Source of the DNA: Patescibacteria group bacterium
GTDB lineage: Bacteria; Patescibacteriota; Minisyncoccia; Phycocordibacterales; UBA9973
DNA length: 64,000 nt
NCBI GenBank assembly: GCA_040384805.1
Contig: JAZKIP010000008.1
Coordinates: 36,749 to 100,748 of the forward strand
Direction: 5' to 3'
Shown here piece by piece: positions 20,786 to 33,299 of this stretch (positions are counted from its first letter, which is position 1; each line of letters begins with the position of its first letter). The position numbers were made by a program, and so were the translations under genes. Under the pieces are notes generated by a model, which made no database searches, was not told the DNA's origin, and was given only the letters and a program-made list of their open reading frames with translations.

Positions 20786-21426
20786 TATATTTCTTCTTCT
20801 TTATTACTTTCTAAAGATTTGAATTCGATATTATGCTCGGACAAAACCATCGAAGGTATCCGATGGGCAGTTCCAAAATTCGGATCAAGCATCCCATCAT
20901 GTACCGGAAAACAGAGGCGTGGCTTTATTTCCAATGCATACATTATTGGCATTTTTATATTAGTCCACGGACCGGCAACAGGAAGCGCTAAAATATCTAC
21001 TTTCTTTCCGGGATTGGTAAATGCATCTCCGGGATAAAATAGGTCTTTCCCGATGAAATAGCCCGTATTCTGAACCTGTCCGATCTCTTCATAAATCTCT
21101 ATATGTGTGTCGCCGTGAGCTTCAAGGTAGACACCGGCGAAATCACCCGAGTTTCCGTCTTCCAATTTTTGATATCTAATTCCATTCTCATCCAGAATTT
21201 TTCCAACGCCGCTATTGGAAACAATGACAACGTCAGGATTATTCTGCACTATCTCTTTAAGGGAATCAACATGCAAGTGGTCTTGATGCTCATGTGTGAT
21301 AACGATAAGATCAATATTTTTTTCCTGTTCGTGTGAGGAAATCGTATACGATCCGGGATCTGTCATAACCCTTTTGCCGTTAATTTCCATAACCAAACAG
21401 CAGTGCCCGAGTTTCTTTATCTTCAT
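20785..21426 (-). CDS. MBL-fold metallo-hydrolase
   Basis: LGHCC, DPG, THEHQDH, PGD and PVHD motifs. Confidence 0.9.
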   Translation of the reverse strand: MKIKKLGHCCLVMEINGKRVMTDPGSYTISSHEQEKNIDLIVITHEHQDHLHVDSLKEIVQNNPDVVIVSNSGVGKILDENGIRYQKLEDGNSGDFAGVYLEAHGDTHIEIYEEIGQVQNTGYFIGKDLFYPGDAFTNPGKKVDILALPVAGPWTNIKMPIMYALEIKPRLCFPVHDGMLDPNFGTAHRIPSMVLSEHNIEFKSLESNKEEEI

Positions 21427-21430
21427 ATAT

Positions 21431-22051
21431 CTATTTTAACACATTTTCAATAGCGGATACGAGATCTTTCGGATCGTCTATAATGATTGCAGGGGCGCCT
21501 TTTTGAAGAACTTGCTTGCTTTGGAATCCCCATGTAACGGCAATAGAACGAACGGAACATTCTTTTGCTTCCTTTATATCGCCTAAAGTGTCTGTAATGA
21601 AAATAGAGTTTTCAGGTTGCATACCGTACTTCTCAAGTAGCATTTTAATTTTTACTACTTTACTTTGATCAATATCAGAACCTAATACAACGCTAAAATA
21701 TTCACTAATTCCTTCTCTTTGAAGTATCTGGTTGATCGATGACGTCATTGTTGAAGAAACAATCGCAAGCACATAGGACATGGCAAGACTTTTAACCGAT
21801 TCTTTTAGATCGTCGGTTATTTTTAGTTCTCTGGTAAAAAAATCATATTTTTGAGGAAATTCGGGATGCTCTTCTCTTTGTTCTCCATTCTTCCTGATTG
21901 AATTATGAATATTACCATTGAAAAATCCTTTATATTCTTCAATATCAAGATCGTCGTTTACCTCAGTATTTATTTGATAACAGGAAATGAGCGTATCGAT
22001 CAGTACGCCGTCAAAATCAAACAATACCAGTTTTTTATTTCCCAATTTCAT
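21431..22051 (-). CDS. HAD family hydrolase (phosphoglycolate phosphatase-like)
   Basis: FDFDGVL, TDTLGDI and VTWGF motifs; start at ATG 22051 preferred. Confidence 0.88.
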   Translation of the reverse strand: MKLGNKKLVLFDFDGVLIDTLISCYQINTEVNDDLDIEEYKGFFNGNIHNSIRKNGEQREEHPEFPQKYDFFTRELKITDDLKESVKSLAMSYVLAIVSSTMTSSINQILQREGISEYFSVVLGSDIDQSKVVKIKMLLEKYGMQPENSIFITDTLGDIKEAKECSVRSIAVTWGFQSKQVLQKGAPAIIIDDPKDLVSAIENVLK

Positions 22052-22474
22052 GAACTTCAAGATATTCTTTTGCTTTTCTTAAAACTTCTTTTCGTCCCTC
22101 GAATCGAAAAATGTCAAGAGCTTCGTCATAAGCGACCCATACATATGTGTTGATTTCGCTTTCCTGAATTGTGACATCCTTGCTTTTCACACATCCGATA
22201 AAGTATTCGTTTGTTTTAAAGCGGGCATTATCCTGACCCGCGTTTATCATATACTCCTCATGGATCGGTTCTGTGTCCAGAAGATCAATCTCTGCAATGC
22301 CTGTTTCCTCTTGTAATTCTCGCAAGGCGGTTTCTTTCACTGTTTCATTCTCTTCAATATGGCCTTTCGGGAAGCTCCATGAGCCCTCAGCATCTTTATG
22401 CTGCAAAAGCAAGAAGTAATTTTCTTCTGCTTCTTGATATACGACAATTACTCCCGCTGCTTTTTCGTTTTTCA

Positions 22475-22478
<4 letters not shown>
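22035..22478 (-). CDS. NUDIX hydrolase (Ap4A hydrolase-like)
   Basis: WSFPKGHIEENETVKETALRELQEETG. Confidence 0.9.
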
Positions 22479-25972
<3,494 letters not shown>

Positions 25973-25996
25973 TTATGTAGAAGTGAATTTGATATT

Positions 25997-26203
25997 AAAA
26001 AAACTCGTCCACGTACAGCAATAAAAATTACTATACAAGGACGAGTTTCCCCGTGGTACCACCTTGGTTGCTTCTTAATTGATAGGGCTCTACTCTCCGC
26101 CCAAGGCGGATTTCTTCCCTATGCGTGCCTGTAATGAATGTTATTCATTACAGGCGATGAGGTGATGTCTGTCCGGATTACTCGGACGGGGCCTCGTCAT
26201 CGC
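25997..26203 (-). promoter_or_regulatory. T-box riboswitch (Ile specifier AUC) with terminator/antiterminator
   Basis: Minus strand reads AAGGTGGTACCACGG (26065-26051), then terminator aaactcgtcc...ggacgagttttttt. Stem I gcgatga...tcatcgc (26203-26154) has ATC at 26166-26164. Confidence 0.88.
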
Positions 26204-26244
26204 ATATGTAAACATCTTACTACAAAAGGTTATTCTTGCCAAAC

Positions 26245-26272
26245 TTGCATTTTGATCGGAAATCAGTAATAT
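26245..26272 (+). promoter_or_regulatory. Putative sigma70 promoter for the intergenic RNA
   Basis: TTGCAT-N16-TAATAT. Confidence 0.45.
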
Positions 26273-26284
26273 CAGGAGTAATCA

Positions 26285-26414
26285 AGAATTGTACCTTATT
26301 CCTCCCTATAAGGAATGACTGGAAAACGTGTCTCCCCATTTCCATGGGAATTTTCACTCAATGCTTTGAGTTGCAAGCATTGAGGTCAGACCTTATAGTC
26401 TAAGGTGCGATTCT
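26285..26414 (+). ncRNA. Candidate structured non-coding RNA of unknown class
   Basis: 14-bp closing helix agaattgtacctta/taaggtgcgattct (2 G-U pairs, favouring the + strand) enclosing several helices; upstream promoter, downstream terminator, no credible ORF. Confidence 0.6.
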
Positions 26415-26422
26415 CTCGCCAT

Positions 26423-26454
26423 AAAAAAAGCCCCGGTCCATACACGGGGTTTTT
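26423..26454. terminator. Bidirectional intrinsic terminator
   Basis: aaaaaaagccccg-gtccataca-cggggttttt. Confidence 0.7.
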
Positions 26455-26940
26455 CTATATATTCTCAACCACTTTCTCCCAGAGATAAAGTTGCCAGTCG
26501 ACAGTGATATAAGAAGGGGTTTCGCTTTTCGGAATCCATTCGGCACTATGCTTGGCGGTTTCGGATTGATCGACAAGGTCTCTTTTGTCCGAGACAAGCT
26601 CAAAAAGTAATCCTGTCGCTGCCATCATTCTGTTTTCTTTCTTGTAACTGTTATAAAAAGCCGCCTGTACTTTTCCGATCTCAGCGACATATCGAACATC
26701 GGTATATCCTGTTTCTTCATGTATTTCTCTCTTCCCCGCTTCGACAAGATCGACATCCGTTTCCTCAACGCCGCCGTTTACGAACGTTCTCCATCCGAAC
26801 TCATGCCAGCGCATGCAAAGAACTGCGTCATTCCGCGGATCGTAGACGATAGATAATACCTGCTTTCGCTCGACAATAGGAAGACCGGGAACGATCTTAT
26901 CTACCGGATCTTCGAAATAAGGGATGTCTTCTATGTTCAT
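26455..26940 (-). CDS. NUDIX hydrolase
   Basis: GGVEETDVDLVEAGKREIHEETG. Confidence 0.85.
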   Translation of the reverse strand: MNIEDIPYFEDPVDKIVPGLPIVERKQVLSIVYDPRNDAVLCMRWHEFGWRTFVNGGVEETDVDLVEAGKREIHEETGYTDVRYVAEIGKVQAAFYNSYKKENRMMAATGLLFELVSDKRDLVDQSETAKHSAEWIPKSETPSYITVDWQLYLWEKVVENI

Positions 26941-26943
26941 ATA

Positions 26944-28647
26944 TTACATTTTCTCCGGCGTTTTGATGCCAAGGAGATACAAGCCGTTTTCCATAGTCTG
27001 ATAAAAGGCCTCGACAATGGCTACACGGTACGGCGCATAACTATCCTCAAGGCTTACGATGGTCGTATTGGCATAAAAAGTATTGAAGGCGCTTGCAAGC
27101 TCGGTAAGATATGTAGCGATGTGGTGCGGCTCAAGCGACTCATACGAGTGTGCGACAACTTCCGGGAATTGATAGAGCAATCGCTCAAGTCCGGTAACCT
27201 CTTCGGGTATTTTTAGTAATTCGTAATTAGTAATTAGTAATTTCAGTGTTTTGGCCTTCTTCAAGATCGATGACGCGCGTACGGCGGTGTACTGCAGATA
27301 CGGCCCCGAATCCCCTTCAAACGATATCGACTTCTCGAAATCATAGACGATGTCGGACCCCATCGATGAGCGGAGAATGGAATATTTAAGAGCTGCAACG
27401 CCGACAATGCGGGCGATTTCCTTTTTTTCTTCCTCAGACAATTCTCTTTCCGTCATTTTTTCATAGACAACATCCATTGAGTCATTGATAAGAGATTCAC
27501 CCGTAATGACATTGCCCTTGCGCGAGGCCATTTTCCCCGAAGCGAGGCGCATCATGCCATGGGTTATATGCTTCATACGGGATTCGTAATCTGGATGGAT
27601 AAGAGATACGGCCTTCTGTACGACCTTCATGTATTCTCCCTGCTCGATGGCAGTCGTAATGATGGAAATATCAGGATCTTCTTTTTTAAATTTCGTAACA
27701 GTGAGTCCGACTTCTTTTGTTTCATACGTCGGCAAGCCTTTCGAATTTATGAAAACGCGGGTATGAAGCTTTGAATCATACTTCTCCGCATGGAAAACAA
27801 TTGCTCCGTTCGATTCTTCAAATACAGGGCCAATATTAGTTCTCACGATCTTTTCTCCGATCGGCGCCATTTCGGATTCGAAAAAATAATAGTCGAATTT
27901 GGTGCCGAGAAGCTTATAGATATCTTCAAAAGCATCGAGCGTTGTCCTGCGGCCCCAATCATAAAGGGTAATTATGTTCGCATCGCTTCTTTCATAGATC
28001 TTCTTATTGATTGCATCGATATCTTCTTTCAAGAAAGGATCGGTATCGTATGCATCGCTTCCTTTCGCATACTGCTCACCGATCCATAGAGCGTTTTTGC
28101 CTTCGTATGTCTCGCCTGAATTCACTATTCCCCAGATCGCTTTGGCCACATGCGGACCGACATCGCCCTGATAGTTTGCACGAACGGTTCGTGCGCCTGA
28201 AAATTCGACGATGCGAGAGATTGATTCTCCGATGGCATTACTCATCAAGTGGCCGATATGGAAAGGCTTGAAAGGATTCGGCTGGGTATATTCAACCATT
28301 ACTTTTTTCCCTGCAAGAATTTCATTTTTCCCCCACTCTTCTTTCTGTGCAAGAATATCTTTGACCGAATCAGCGAAAAAATCGCGCGATAGGTAAAAAT
28401 TGATGAATCCGGGTCCTGCAATCTCGATTCTGCTTATTTCTTTCGACGTATCTTTTTGGATTTCCGCCTTGATTTTCTCTGCGAGTTCCCGCGGAGAACT
28501 TGATATTTGTTTTGCATATGCAAGAGCGATATTCGTCGAATAATCGCCGTTGTTCATATCCGCCGGATGCTCAAGCAAGACAGTCCCGGCTTGTATGCCG
28601 AGATTTTCCAATGCTTTCCTGATGTGTTCCTGTAGTTTTTCCTTCAT
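26944..28647 (-). CDS. argS: Arginine--tRNA ligase
   Basis: GDYSTN, AGPGFINF, PFHIGH, KMASRKG and GDSGPYLQY motifs. Confidence 0.96.
   Translation of the reverse strand: MKEKLQEHIRKALENLGIQAGTVLLEHPADMNNGDYSTNIALAYAKQISSSPRELAEKIKAEIQKDTSKEISRIEIAGPGFINFYLSRDFFADSVKDILAQKEEWGKNEILAGKKVMVEYTQPNPFKPFHIGHLMSNAIGESISRIVEFSGARTVRANYQGDVGPHVAKAIWGIVNSGETYEGKNALWIGEQYAKGSDAYDTDPFLKEDIDAINKKIYERSDANIITLYDWGRRTTLDAFEDIYKLLGTKFDYYFFESEMAPIGEKIVRTNIGPVFEESNGAIVFHAEKYDSKLHTRVFINSKGLPTYETKEVGLTVTKFKKEDPDISIITTAIEQGEYMKVVQKAVSLIHPDYESRMKHITHGMMRLASGKMASRKGNVITGESLINDSMDVVYEKMTERELSEEEKKEIARIVGVAALKYSILRSSMGSDIVYDFEKSISFEGDSGPYLQYTAVRASSILKKAKTLKLLITNYELLKIPEEVTGLERLLYQFPEVVAHSYESLEPHHIATYLTELASAFNTFYANTTIVSLEDSYAPYRVAIVEAFYQTMENGLYLLGIKTPEKM
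27214..27241. repeat. Heptamer tandem repeat inside argS
   Basis: tagtaat-tcgtaat-tagtaat-tagtaat, encoding LLITNYELL. Confidence 0.75.
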
Positions 28648-28674
28648 TTGTAATTAGTAATCTGTCATTATGAA

Positions 28675-29100
28675 TTACTTCTTCCCTGTGCTTCCCTCTC
28701 TTCCTTCGCCTCGCACAGTTGATGATAATTCGGATACTTCCACAATATCACAGTCTTCGAATCTTTGTATAATCATTTGGGCGATCTTGTGCCCTTTCTC
28801 GATTTTTTGAACTTTATCTGTTGTATTATACAAAGACATGATAAGTTCTCCCCGGAAACAGGAATCAATGACTCCACCCATGACTTTAAGACCCTGATTA
28901 AAAGAAATGCTTGATTTATCCCAGATAAGGCCCACGCATCCTTCGGGAATTTCTATTGCAACTCCCGTATGAACGCGCTCTTGAGACAAAGGCTGAAATA
29001 CCACTTCATCAAGCGCATAAAAATCCATCCCCGCATCCCCGGGGTGGCCTTTTGTCGGCAGTTTCGCATTTTCTTTTAACTTTTTAACTTTGATTTTCAT
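28675..29100 (-). CDS. dut: dUTP diphosphatase (trimeric)
   Basis: AGMDF, KSS, GVIDSCFRGE, AQMII and RGEGREGSTG motifs. Confidence 0.93.
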   Translation of the reverse strand: MKIKVKKLKENAKLPTKGHPGDAGMDFYALDEVVFQPLSQERVHTGVAIEIPEGCVGLIWDKSSISFNQGLKVMGGVIDSCFRGELIMSLYNTTDKVQKIEKGHKIAQMIIQRFEDCDIVEVSELSSTVRGEGREGSTGKK

Positions 29101-29588
29101 ACTCTTTTATGACTGATATAGCTCTCGTAAATGACGGGAGAAATAATTCTGGCTGTTTTGAATATAAATTCTCCAAGTCAAGCACTCGGATCCATTTTAT
29201 TTCTTCTACCTCGCCTTCCTGGAGAGTAAACTGCGCTTGACTCGATACTTTCGCAAAAAACCATTGGGTGAAATATTCATGAATGCTTGAGACTCTTATT
29301 TTCGGACCGGCAGTAACTGTATCTAACCGCAATCCTATTTCTTCATTTGCTTCCTTTAGGATATTGGATTGATATGTTTCTCCTTCTTCCACGCTCCCGG
29401 CAACTGAAGGACCCCATAGATTCGGGTGATGCTTTTTAATTTTGGAGCGGCGGGCAATCAATACTTCATTCTTCTCGTTAAATACCCACAATGCGGCCAC
29501 TCTCGTAATTTCCTTTTTCTGATCTCTTTCCTTCCGATCCTTATAGTATTAAGATATTATCTTGTTCATCGACAATTGGAATTCTCAT
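29084..29588 (-). pseudogene. NUDIX hydrolase (IDI/YfcD-like) with a 1-nt insertion near the 5' end
   Basis: ATG 29588 gives MRIPIVDEQDNIL, then a stop. Removing one base at about 29550 gives YYKDRKE...ITRVAALWVFNE...AGSVEEGETY...EANEEIG. Confidence 0.7.
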
Positions 29589-29592
29589 ATTT

Positions 29593-30297
29593 CTACTTTA
29601 GCATCTTCTCTACCTTTTTATAAACCTCTTTATGAATATCCTCGCGGGTACACAGCGCATTTTTGGGGGCGCAATCAATCTTTATAAAGTTCTTCTGGGT
29701 CTTGGCAAGCCATATAGCGCTCTTGCGGGAATTCTCTTGAAATGCGACATCTACTTCGTGGACATCTTTTTTTGTACCCGCATAATTGCGCTTAGATACT
29801 GCGTTGCGTTCTTTCATCATGGCAAGACTTACTTTAAGAGGAACGGAAAGATAAAGGACAAGATCCGGCCGCGGAATTTTGAATACCTTATATTCCATTT
29901 CATCGAGCCATTTGATGAAGGAAGCACGCTTGGCCGCATTTTTAATCTTCCCTCCTTGGTGGATCTGATTAGCAGAGACATAACGGTTGGCAAGGACGAT
30001 GTAGCCTTTCTTGAGCCATTCTTCGATCTTTTCTTTTGATTCGAATCGATCGCCGGCGTAGAGTACCGACACAATTTTCGGATGCACATTTATAAAGTTA
30101 TAGTATTGCTCAGTCAGGCAGTGCCCGATGAACTTGCCGAAGAAATTCTTGTAGTATTCAGGGAAATCGACATTCTTGACTGTATAGCCTTCCTTTTTCA
30201 GCCGCTTTGTTAAAAGAGCGACCTGCGTCGCTTTTCCGCTCCCATCCGTGCCGTCAATAACGATCAGTTTTCCAGTAGTAGATTTGCCTTTTTTCAT
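29593..30297 (-). CDS. tmk: Thymidylate kinase
   Basis: DGTDGSGKATQ, FPEY, NRYVSAN and PDLVLYL motifs. Confidence 0.92.
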   Translation of the reverse strand: MKKGKSTTGKLIVIDGTDGSGKATQVALLTKRLKKEGYTVKNVDFPEYYKNFFGKFIGHCLTEQYYNFINVHPKIVSVLYAGDRFESKEKIEEWLKKGYIVLANRYVSANQIHQGGKIKNAAKRASFIKWLDEMEYKVFKIPRPDLVLYLSVPLKVSLAMMKERNAVSKRNYAGTKKDVHEVDVAFQENSRKSAIWLAKTQKNFIKIDCAPKNALCTREDIHKEVYKKVEKMLK

Positions 30298-30381
30298 GTG
30301 AATCCATTATAACGAACACCTTGCAAATACACAAAATTCCATATTTTACTTTGCTTTTCCTTTTTGCTAGGATGAGGAAAA

Positions 30382-30993
30382 TTGACTTTTATGATAGATA
30401 TGACAATCTCGACTGTCATCTCAATGACACTAGAAAGTGCAAGAAAAATCTTCGAAAAGAAATGCAACGATTACGGTACATCATGGAGAATTCTTAGGAC
30501 TATCTCAATAGTAGATCAGGTTTTTATCAAGGCTACTAGAATCGAAACAGTATTGAAGAATGGGGTTCAGAAAGTAAATGGCACAGGAGATGATATCGCC
30601 AGCGAATTTCTCGGTATTATCAACTACGGCCTGATAGGCCTTATTCAAAACAAACACAATGAGATGAAACCGGGCGATGCTTCCATGACAACCAATGAGG
30701 CGAAAAGCAATTATGTGCATGAATTCATCCTCTTCAAAGATTACTTTGAAAGTCAAAATCCTCACTATGTAGAAGGAATAGAAAATCTCGCAATAACGGA
30801 CATATCAGATATGCTTGTTGTTAAAATTACGAGAATGAAATCTTTTCACAAAAATTACGAGGAGAGGGCGAAAGATTGCAAGTCAATTGAAAAGCTAACG
30901 CACGAATTCAAAGTGTTGATTTTCGGCGCATTTTTAGACATCATCTTGTGGTCAAGCATTGGCCACACAAAAATCGATAAAGCCGTACAGTGA
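30382..30993 (+). CDS. DUF1599-like (nucleotide-modification-associated) protein
   Basis: KCNDYGTSWRILR..SIVDQVFIKATRI and FLGIINYG motifs, plus a degenerate second repeat (DMLVVKITR). Start uncertain. Confidence 0.7.
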   Translation: MTFMIDMTISTVISMTLESARKIFEKKCNDYGTSWRILRTISIVDQVFIKATRIETVLKNGVQKVNGTGDDIASEFLGIINYGLIGLIQNKHNEMKPGDASMTTNEAKSNYVHEFILFKDYFESQNPHYVEGIENLAITDISDMLVVKITRMKSFHKNYEERAKDCKSIEKLTHEFKVLIFGAFLDIILWSSIGHTKIDKAVQ

Positions 30994-31014
30994 AGAAATT
31001 CTGTACGGCTTTAT
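30977..31014. terminator. Bidirectional terminator
   Basis: ataaagccgtacag...ctgtacggctttat. Confidence 0.7.
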
Positions 31015-31038
31015 TTAATAAAATTATTTTTCCATTTC

Positions 31039-31464
31039 TTACCGTACTGCATCATAGTAATTCTTACCAGTTCTATATGATTCGATCGCAAGGCCTGTTT
31101 GTATGAACACAGGATCAGGCAGGTGATCGAGATCATACCACTCCCAGCTTCCAAGCTTTTCGGGTTCAAGGATCTGCGGCTCTCCGCTTTCCCATTCGGC
31201 GACAACGACAATATTCACATAATGCTTCGGAGCGTAGTGCAGAATATTGCCGACATGTAGAAATCGGATATTCTTTATCTCTATACCAGTTTCTTCCATT
31301 ACTTCTCTTCTTGCACAGTCTTCAAACGATTCCATATACTCCAAGTGGCCGCCGGGAAACGCGTATTCACCCACACCATGCGAGGACTTGCGTTTACCCA
31401 TCAAGATCTTTCCTTTCTTGAAGATCATAACTCCCATCCCGACTCGTGGAACTTGATTTTCCAT
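31039..31464 (-). CDS. NUDIX hydrolase (MutT/NUDT15-like)
   Basis: PRVGMGV, PGGHLEYMESFEDCARREVMEETG and EPEK...WEWY motifs. Confidence 0.92.
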   Translation of the reverse strand: MENQVPRVGMGVMIFKKGKILMGKRKSSHGVGEYAFPGGHLEYMESFEDCARREVMEETGIEIKNIRFLHVGNILHYAPKHYVNIVVVAEWESGEPQILEPEKLGSWEWYDLDHLPDPVFIQTGLAIESYRTGKNYYDAVR

Positions 31465-31465
31465 A

Positions 31466-31924
31466 TTATGAGCTTAACTTTTTTAATGCTTCTCCGGCAT
31501 AAAATCTGATATTAGGCACTAAGTCCATTAGTTCAACTTCTTCTTTAGTCACCCAACGCATATTCGCCTGCTCGTGCGCATTCATAGACTCTCCAAGTAT
31601 ATCAGTTGAGGCTTTGGCAAAGTAAACAAGAATCACATGAGTGTGAATATCATCAACCGTATGGCGAGCTAGATATCGGGGCGCAGCAAGAGGCTTGAAT
31701 CTTTCTTCCTTCTCCCACATTTCCTGTACAGGAATCTCAATATCAAGCCCCGTCTCTTCTTTCACTTCCCGTATAGCCGCCCCCACCGGATCTTCATCAA
31801 GTTCGATATGTCCGCCGATCGAGCACCATATCTTGAACTTGTCATGCATCCGAAGCAGCACTTTGTTCTTATGGACAATGAATACTTCTACGGTAAAATC
31901 AATTTTTTCGTGAATGTGAGGCAT
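31466..31924 (-). CDS. NUDIX hydrolase
   Basis: GGHIELDEDPVGAAIREVKEETG. Confidence 0.9.
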   Translation of the reverse strand: MPHIHEKIDFTVEVFIVHKNKVLLRMHDKFKIWCSIGGHIELDEDPVGAAIREVKEETGLDIEIPVQEMWEKEERFKPLAAPRYLARHTVDDIHTHVILVYFAKASTDILGESMNAHEQANMRWVTKEEVELMDLVPNIRFYAGEALKKLSS

Positions 31925-31934
31925 CTAAAATGTA

Positions 31935-32501
31935 TTATATCAGGAGTTTATTTTTCTCTAAGAAAAGGTCAATTTTCTCGTGAAAACTCGCCAAATCAGA
32001 ATTATTTGAAATCGTATAATCAGCCTGCTCCAAACACTCGAATAAACGTTGCGCATTGGGTGGTGAATTCTCCCTTTTTTCATTTTCTAGAAATTCTTCT
32101 AGAGAACCTGCTTCTCCAAGTTTATTCCGCGCAGTGCTTCTTTGAAATCTTATTTCAGGATCAGCCTCAGTAGTAAGCAGTATAAAATGGGAATTATACT
32201 TAAAATATTCTATAACATCCGGAACTCGTATGCCGGTTATGATTCCCTTATCGCCCTCGATTCTGTCTAAGGCTAATTCTGACAGAAATCCCGATCCTTT
32301 TTCTTTCACCAAATCGCTTCCAAGGGCAATCAGATTTTCACGAATAGGCTCTATTCCTCGCTCTTTCGCAATATCCTTTAAGACTTGGCTTATTTGAAAA
32401 GTGGGTATTTGAAGCCTCTCTGAAATATAGAGAGCTGCGGTATCTTTGCCGGAGCCGATAGTTCCAATAATTCCAATGATTGTTTTTTTGCCTGAGGGCA
32501 T
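31935..32501 (-). CDS. P-loop nucleotide kinase (dephospho-CoA kinase/AAA-like)
   Basis: GTIGSGKDT, GIR, IRFQR and ADYTISNN motifs. Confidence 0.8.
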   Translation of the reverse strand: MPSGKKTIIGIIGTIGSGKDTAALYISERLQIPTFQISQVLKDIAKERGIEPIRENLIALGSDLVKEKGSGFLSELALDRIEGDKGIITGIRVPDVIEYFKYNSHFILLTTEADPEIRFQRSTARNKLGEAGSLEEFLENEKRENSPPNAQRLFECLEQADYTISNNSDLASFHEKIDLFLEKNKLLI

Positions 32502-32503
32502 AT

Positions 32504-33238
32504 TTAGTCTTTATGTAAAAAATGATCGATCCCTTCTAAAATATCCTTTAATTCTTCTTCAGTAGTGAACTGCTCTGCTTGTCCTGCTAAATCATCGAAA
32601 TAATGTATAGGAATCTGATACTTGCCTTCTTCTTGGAAAACATTTGCTAGTTTTTTATCGTTATCCTCAAGCAATGCATCGAATGTTTTGTATGTCCGCC
32701 CTTTATTACGTTCTATTATCTTCTCGATCGGCATTTTTTCTCCCTTTTCATCTTCAGTTGCTGCATCTCTTTGTAAAAGCACAAACTGGTTTTTATAATC
32801 AAGAAATGTATCCCAGAATTTCTGAGGCGTATCTATAGTATTATAGAGACTAGATTCCGTGCGGGAAGAAAAATCAGCTACCTCTTTCATGATTTCTGCT
32901 AATTTTTCCACTGACTCAACACGAATTATCTTATCAAGGAGCTCATTGTATTCTTTTATAACTGTCTGAATCTTTCTCTGGGAAAGCAATTTTTGATCAA
33001 ATGTCCTGCCTTGATGCTTCAGATATTCAAGAAAATGAAAGAATTTATGTCGCTGAAATTCCTTGAGATTTTCATCATTCCTAATATCCTTAAACCCAAC
33101 AAGCTGATTATTGGCGTTTGTAAAAGCGTTGACGAATTGATCATAGTCTTGAATAAAAGGCTGTTCCACATGATTAGTGGAATCTTCTATTTTCTCAAGT
33201 TGTGAATCAGGGCTACGATAAAATCGTATTTCTTTCAT
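32504..33238 (-). CDS. Hypothetical protein (AT-rich, helical)
   Basis: 244-aa ORF with a TATAAT box 9 nt upstream of the ATG; no recognisable motif. Confidence 0.6.
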   Translation of the reverse strand: MKEIRFYRSPDSQLEKIEDSTNHVEQPFIQDYDQFVNAFTNANNQLVGFKDIRNDENLKEFQRHKFFHFLEYLKHQGRTFDQKLLSQRKIQTVIKEYNELLDKIIRVESVEKLAEIMKEVADFSSRTESSLYNTIDTPQKFWDTFLDYKNQFVLLQRDAATEDEKGEKMPIEKIIERNKGRTYKTFDALLEDNDKKLANVFQEEGKYQIPIHYFDDLAGQAEQFTTEEELKDILEGIDHFLHKD

Positions 33239-33299
33239 AAGACCTATATTATACTCTTAATATGTATAGTCTGCTAAAACGTCCGATTTTAAGCAGTAT

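Noticed and set aside
26400-26603. 67-aa minus-strand ORF reaching into the candidate ncRNA
   Set aside because: Alternate frame of the NUDIX gene that runs through its terminator; no coding signal.
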